A stretch of 64,000 bases of DNA from assembly GCA_017399025.1 (NCBI GenBank), contig JAFQEK010000034.1:4107-68106 (forward strand), read 5' to 3'. Under the pieces are notes generated by a model. The model was not told the DNA's origin. It was given only the letters and a program-made list of their open reading frames with translations, and ran no database searches. This document shows, piece by piece, positions 58,976-64,000 of the stretch. This stretch comes from Clostridia bacterium (GTDB lineage Bacteria; Bacillota; Clostridia; Oscillospirales; CAG-272). A program made the translations under genes and the position numbers. Each line of letters starts with the position of its first letter. The first letter of the stretch is position 1.

Positions 58976-60724
58976 TTATTCTGCTGTAACAGGTTCTTCT
59001 TCACCGGAGGTGGTGGTTTCTTCCTCTTTTACAGTGTCAAGATACTGAACATAGTTCTTCAGATTTGCTTTTGTGAAGATCTGAACACCCCAGAAGTCTG
59101 TTTTTACCTGTTTCAAATCAGAAGAAACAACATATGCATTGGTGTTGAATACAACGGGGATCAATGCACCGTCTTCGATCAATGCGTTTTCTGCATTGTG
59201 AAGAATTTCTGCTCTCTTTTTAAGATCGGATGTCTGGAAAGCTTCTGCCAAAAGGTTATCGAATGTTTCATTTGTATAATCTTTCAAAAGAGAAGCTGTT
59301 TTGCTGTATTCGGAAGAGAACATAGCAAGGTCGTAAAGAGCATGCGCGGAAATCATCTGATAGTCCATACCGATAATATCGTATGCGCCTGTTTTGTAAG
59401 CTGCTTCGAAGTCTGCAGCGGAGAGATAGTCGTAGTCAATATCAAAACCGAGATCCATCCAAGCTTCGAAAGCTTTATCAAGAATGAGTTTTTCGTTGCT
59501 CTGGCTATTCATTTCATCTTGGCAAATCAAAACGAAGATGGTATCGTAATCTGAAGGATCAATACCTGCATTCGCAAGCAGAGCCTTTGCTTCGTCACGA
59601 TTGCTCTTAACAATATTGCCGCCTTCTTCACGGAAGGAAGTACCTTTCTTGGTATCGTAAATCTTATCGTTCAAAATACCAGTTGCGGGTTTTGTTTCCA
59701 AACCGAGCGTAGCTGCGATTGCATCTCTGTCAAGCGCCATGGAAAATGCTTTTCTGATCGTCGCATCCTCAAAAGCTTCGGATTTGAAATTGAAATAGAA
59801 CATGAATGCGGAAGCCAAGTCTTCAACCTCATAATCCGTGTAGGAATTTGCTGCCGCTGCGGTCAGACCGGAAATGTAGAAGAGTTCTTCGTTGTTGTAC
59901 AGACCAGGCACATCGGATACGGGAATATCATAACGAACATGGATTTGGTAAGGAGTTACGTATTTATCTCTTGCTTCCGTGCTTACTTCCTGGTTGAGAT
60001 AGTAGTATTTGGAACGTTCCAAAATCATTCGCTCTGTAGGATCGTCAGAGAATTTCTTTACACGGAACGGACCGTTTGTGCAAAGGTCGGTTGCACTTCT
60101 GGACCATGTATCGGGATACTGAGAAACTTTATTTTCCATCAGAGGAACGAGCGCAGGACTTGCCAGATTATAAAGGAATTCATTGATATCCGCACCTTCT
60201 TCGAATTCAACAATGATTTTGTTGGAATTTCCTGTATAAAGACCAAATCCGGGATCATAGAAAGAAATTTCACCGCTCTTTACCTTTCTTGCGCCCTTGA
60301 TGCAATAGAGCATAGATGCGGCGGGACTGTCGAAATTGGGATCCAGAATACGGCGCCAAGCAAACACGATATCATTTGCCTGAACTGCAGCTCCGGTATT
60401 CCAACAGGTCTCTTTGATGGTAATTTCCAAACGTTCCTCGCCGGTCTTGGGGTCTTCTGTGATTTCCCATTTTTTTGCGAGAGCTTTTTTGAGATTACCT
60501 TTTTCATCGAGTTTGAAAAGGCCTTCATAAATCAAGTTAAGAATTTTAACCGCATTTTCATCGGTGTAAGCAATTGCCGGATCAAGATTCATTACCTTTT
60601 TACCAAGGTAAATGTTAAATGCCGCGCCTCTGGCAGCGGGGTCATCACCGGCAATCTTGGTGCAACCGGTTACAAAAACCAGGCACATGGAAAGCGCGAG
60701 CAGAAAAGCCAATACTTTCTTCAT
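58976..60724 (-). CDS. Peptide ABC substrate-binding lipoprotein (family 5, OppA-like)
   Basis: Lipobox VTGC, NLDPA, IYEGL, TNGPF, IRKAFSMALDR. Confidence 0.9.
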   Translation of the reverse strand: MKKVLAFLLALSMCLVFVTGCTKIAGDDPAARGAAFNIYLGKKVMNLDPAIAYTDENAVKILNLIYEGLFKLDEKGNLKKALAKKWEITEDPKTGEERLEITIKETCWNTGAAVQANDIVFAWRRILDPNFDSPAASMLYCIKGARKVKSGEISFYDPGFGLYTGNSNKIIVEFEEGADINEFLYNLASPALVPLMENKVSQYPDTWSRSATDLCTNGPFRVKKFSDDPTERMILERSKYYYLNQEVSTEARDKYVTPYQIHVRYDIPVSDVPGLYNNEELFYISGLTAAAANSYTDYEVEDLASAFMFYFNFKSEAFEDATIRKAFSMALDRDAIAATLGLETKPATGILNDKIYDTKKGTSFREEGGNIVKSNRDEAKALLANAGIDPSDYDTIFVLICQDEMNSQSNEKLILDKAFEAWMDLGFDIDYDYLSAADFEAAYKTGAYDIIGMDYQMISAHALYDLAMFSSEYSKTASLLKDYTNETFDNLLAEAFQTSDLKKRAEILHNAENALIEDGALIPVVFNTNAYVVSSDLKQVKTDFWGVQIFTKANLKNYVQYLDTVKEEETTTSGEEEPVTAE

Positions 60725-60938
60725 TCTGTATGTTCCTCCAAGTTATAATTTTTTAACACTGCAGAATTTTTTCGGATGCAAGGGCAGGTCCGAGCGATAC
60801 TGATGTCATTATTATATATTATAACACTAACAACCGCTATAAATCAAACCTTAATTTTGTATTTAGAAAAGATTCTGCCTTTTTTACAATTTGTATAATT
60901 GTTTTTTGTGCATTACGAACAACTATTTTTTGTATTTC

Positions 60939-61949
60939 TCAATTTTTTTGCGTTTTTTCCGCATATTCTTTCAATAAACGGACATATATTTTATAATTTT
61001 CAAGGGAAACCCCGGGGGGAGTCAAATGGTCGCAGGACGGAATATAACCTCCGCTTCGCATAACGGGAGCAAGACGCTCAAACTCTTTTCTCATCGCTTC
61101 TTCTCCCGCAGCCATCGCCATTTTATCAAATCCTCCGATAAAAATGAAATCGGGATATTTTTCTCTGAGCTGTACGAGATCCACACCCGCCTGTCTTTCC
61201 AAGGGCAGGACACCGTCGATACCTGCACGAATCAGCCACGGAACCATCATCGAAACATCTCCGTCCGTATCAATGATCACCTTTGTTCCGTATTTCTTGA
61301 TTTCGGGAATAATTTTCCGATAGTACGGCAACAGAAATTCATCAAACAAAGCTTCGGATATCATCGGTCCGTTGTTATAGCTCATATCCTCCGAAATAAC
61401 CATAAATTCGGGATGGCACACTTCATAGATTTTCGGAAGTTGAGCGATGATATAATCCGCAAGATCCGAACAAATCTGATGATACAGTTCCGGTTCATCG
61501 TAGAACGAGAACAGATGGTTTTCAATTCCCAGCAATACGCGAGGGAACCAGAAAAAACCGTCAAAAGAGTACCACACAACGGCATTGCCGTTCTCATGCT
61601 CTTGTTTCAGGCTTTTCAAAGTATTCATCTTTCTCGCATAATTCCGATGGCTTTCATTCGGATACAAATACTTCTGCTTGAACTCCTCATATTCCTCTGC
61701 CGATTCAATCAAAGGCGCACCGTGCGCGGACGGACGCGGATAATCAGGAGTCAACAGAGGCATCCAAATACGCTGAATGTAATCCAAGCCGAAATGTGTT
61801 TGAATTTTCTCCCACGGAATGTCCTCCGGCAACCCTTCTTTATGCCAACGGTCCAGCGTTTCATTCCACCAGCCTGCCCACTCAATGACGGGCAATCTGT
61901 CGGGCTTTTCGAAATTCAATACAGCATTGAATCTCTCAACATTGTTCAT
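60939..61949 (-). CDS. Uroporphyrinogen-decarboxylase / MtaA-like family protein
   Basis: PDRLP, EDMSY..GPMIS, DTDG, GGYIPSCDH. ATG 61949 follows GGAGG. Confidence 0.85.
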   Translation of the reverse strand: MNNVERFNAVLNFEKPDRLPVIEWAGWWNETLDRWHKEGLPEDIPWEKIQTHFGLDYIQRIWMPLLTPDYPRPSAHGAPLIESAEEYEEFKQKYLYPNESHRNYARKMNTLKSLKQEHENGNAVVWYSFDGFFWFPRVLLGIENHLFSFYDEPELYHQICSDLADYIIAQLPKIYEVCHPEFMVISEDMSYNNGPMISEALFDEFLLPYYRKIIPEIKKYGTKVIIDTDGDVSMMVPWLIRAGIDGVLPLERQAGVDLVQLREKYPDFIFIGGFDKMAMAAGEEAMRKEFERLAPVMRSGGYIPSCDHLTPPGVSLENYKIYVRLLKEYAEKTQKN

Positions 61950-62365
61950 AAGCAAATCCTCCATTTTCACGCCGCAAAGCAATGCTTTTTTATTTTTTAT
62001 ATTATAACATAATATCTTTTAAAAATCAATAAAACTTTTGCATAATTCGAAATTTTTTCATACAATATGACTATTTTTACTCAAAATATAAATTTATATC
62101 TCTGAAACTGTTTTTTCTTTCGTTTTCTGAAAAATACCCTCGGAAATTTCAAAAAAGCTCTTGCTTTTTTCATGGAAAAGATTTATAATGATTTTATATA
62201 ATATAAAAATTCAAGCAAAATCCTCTGCACACAGAGAAAAGGCAGCAAGGCAGCGGTATCACGCTGCTTTTATACTTTCCGGGTTCGTTTGAAAAAGTGG
62301 ACTTAAAATGCAACCGGCTATCTTTCAGACCGCCCCGGTATTTTTCAAAAAGGAGATTTCAAAAC

Positions 62366-63655
62366 ATGCTCGATTTAAAATTTCTTCGTGAAAATCCCGA
62401 AATCGTAAAGCAAAATATCAAAAACAAATTCCAGGATTCAAAGCTTCCTTTGGTCGATGAAGTCATTGCGCTCGACGAGGAAAACCGCAAAGCAAAACAG
62501 CAGGCCGATGCACTCCGCGCAAACCGTAACAAAGTTTCCAAAACCATCGGTAAATATATGGCGCAGGGCAAAAAAGAAGAAGCCGAAGCTGCCAAAAAAT
62601 TGGTAACGGAAAATTCTGAAGCGCTTGCGGCATTGGAAGCAAAATGTGCGGAAGCCGAAGAAAAAATCAAAAAAATCATGATGACCATCCCCAACATCAT
62701 CGACCCTTCCGTTCCGATCGGTAAAGATGACAGCGAAAATGTAGAAGTACAGCGTTACGGAGAGCCCATCATTCCCGATTTCGATATTCCCTACCACAGT
62801 GATATCATGGAAACCTTTGACGGTCTTGATCTTGACTCCGCGCGTCGTGTTGCCGGAAACGGTTTCTACTATCTCATGGGCGATATCGCAAGACTCCATT
62901 CCGCTGTGATCAGTTATGCCCGAGATTTCATGATCGACCGCGGATTCACCTACTGCATTCCCCCTTACATGATCCGCGCAGGCGTTGTAACAGGTGTTAT
63001 GAGTTTTGCAGAAATGGATGCTATGATGTATAAGATCGAAGGAGAAGACCTCTACTTGATCGGCACAAGCGAACATTCCATGATCGGTAAATTCATCGAT
63101 CAAATTCTGGACGAAAAGAAGCTTCCTTATACGCTTACCAGTTACTCCCCCTGTTTCCGCAAAGAAAAAGGCGCTCACGGCATTGAAGAACGCGGTGTTT
63201 ACCGTATTCACCAATTTGAAAAGCAAGAAATGATCGTTGTTTGCAAACCCGAAGACAGCATGGTATGGTTTGAAAAACTGTGGCAGAATACCGTTGACCT
63301 TTTCCGTTCTCTTGACATTCCCGTACGTACGCTCGAATGTTGCTCCGGCGACCTTGCCGATCTCAAAGTAAAATCCATCGATGTAGAAGCATGGTCTCCC
63401 CGTCAGAAAAAATATTTCGAAGTCGGAAGCTGTTCCAATCTCGGAGATGCACAGGCACGCCGCCTCAAGATCCGCGTAAACGGCGCAGACGGAAAAAAAT
63501 ATCTTGCACACACTCTCAACAACACCGTGGTTGCTCCTCCGCGTATGCTGATTGCTTTCCTTGAAAACAATCTCAACGCTGACGGTTCTGTCAACATCCC
63601 CGAAGCACTCCGTCCCTATATGGGCGGAAAGGAAAAGCTCATTCCCCAAAAATAA
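62366..63655 (+). CDS. serS: Seryl-tRNA synthetase
   Basis: MLDLKFLRENP, LIGTSE, CFRKE, RIHQFEKQE, EVGSCSN, HTLNNT. Confidence 0.97.
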   Translation: MLDLKFLRENPEIVKQNIKNKFQDSKLPLVDEVIALDEENRKAKQQADALRANRNKVSKTIGKYMAQGKKEEAEAAKKLVTENSEALAALEAKCAEAEEKIKKIMMTIPNIIDPSVPIGKDDSENVEVQRYGEPIIPDFDIPYHSDIMETFDGLDLDSARRVAGNGFYYLMGDIARLHSAVISYARDFMIDRGFTYCIPPYMIRAGVVTGVMSFAEMDAMMYKIEGEDLYLIGTSEHSMIGKFIDQILDEKKLPYTLTSYSPCFRKEKGAHGIEERGVYRIHQFEKQEMIVVCKPEDSMVWFEKLWQNTVDLFRSLDIPVRTLECCSGDLADLKVKSIDVEAWSPRQKKYFEVGSCSNLGDAQARRLKIRVNGADGKKYLAHTLNNTVVAPPRMLIAFLENNLNADGSVNIPEALRPYMGGKEKLIPQK

Positions 63656-63680
63656 TTCTGCATATTCAGTAATACATTGC

Positions 63681-63719
63681 AAAAAACGGAGAAACCAAAG
63701 AAAGTTTCTCCGTTTTTTT
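63681..63719. terminator. Bidirectional terminator
   Basis: AAAAAACGGAGAAAC...GTTTCTCCGTTTTTTT. Confidence 0.8.
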
Positions 63720-63815
63720 GATTCTCTTTTTGAAAAAGCGGCTAATGGTCCGCCTGAAGTTGCAATATGCGCGGAAAAGGAAATCTTTCCTTTTCCGCGC
63801 ACTTCATTTTATATA

Positions 63816-64000
63816 TTATCGGGATAATTTTTTAGCCTCTGCCTTCTTTAAGAAGTATCGGCGTACACGTTTTTCCATATCCAGAACCGTATCCATCAAA
63901 AAAATAGCGATCGCAATCACTCCCGTAGTCATAAAAGCAGACGACAAAATCTCCGAGGCATTTCCGATGCCAAACAGGAAGCTGTATACGCCCTGATAAA
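63816..64000 (-). CDS. C-terminal part of a membrane protein (possibly ThrE family), partial
   Basis: Hand translation YQGVYSFLFG...GVIAIAIFLMD...KKLSR*. Confidence 0.55.
   Translation of the reverse strand, partial: YQGVYSFLFGIGNASEILSSAFMTTGVIAIAIFLMDTVLDMEKRVRRYFLKKAEAKKLSR

Noticed and set aside
58976-60724. Orphan OppA-like gene without permeases
   Set aside because: Dispersed peptide-binding proteins are common, and nothing else here suggests a special system.

Overview
Chromosomal segment of a spore-forming Clostridia-class Firmicute (gpr, spoIIE, hprK, gdpP, T-box, sigmaA promoters). Most of it is housekeeping: rnpB, rnj, an EF-G paralogue, trmK-Nif3, cysK, tRNA-Met/Glu/Arg, tyrS, tlyA-nadK-argR-recN, MarR plus a heterodimeric ABC exporter, htrA, potABCD and serS. 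It also holds a few glycan-enzyme genes and small accessory islets (after rnpB, two XRE islets, one after tRNA-Arg). I saw no CRISPR array, integrase, transposase or prophage genes. The best candidates for undescribed biology are regulatory: (1) a sensor-less AgrC-type kinase with a LytTR regulator and a visible tandem LytTR-type box before an ABC exporter; (2) a ~330-nt potABCD leader with a terminator, a 4-codon uORF and GC-rich hairpins; (3) a possible anti-SD switch in the EF-G paralogue leader; (4) a 7-codon peptide coupled to a MarR-controlled exporter; (5) a nested REPIN/MITE-like element and a terminator-flanked cassette downstream of rnpB. All product calls are by-eye motif recognition, not database searches.
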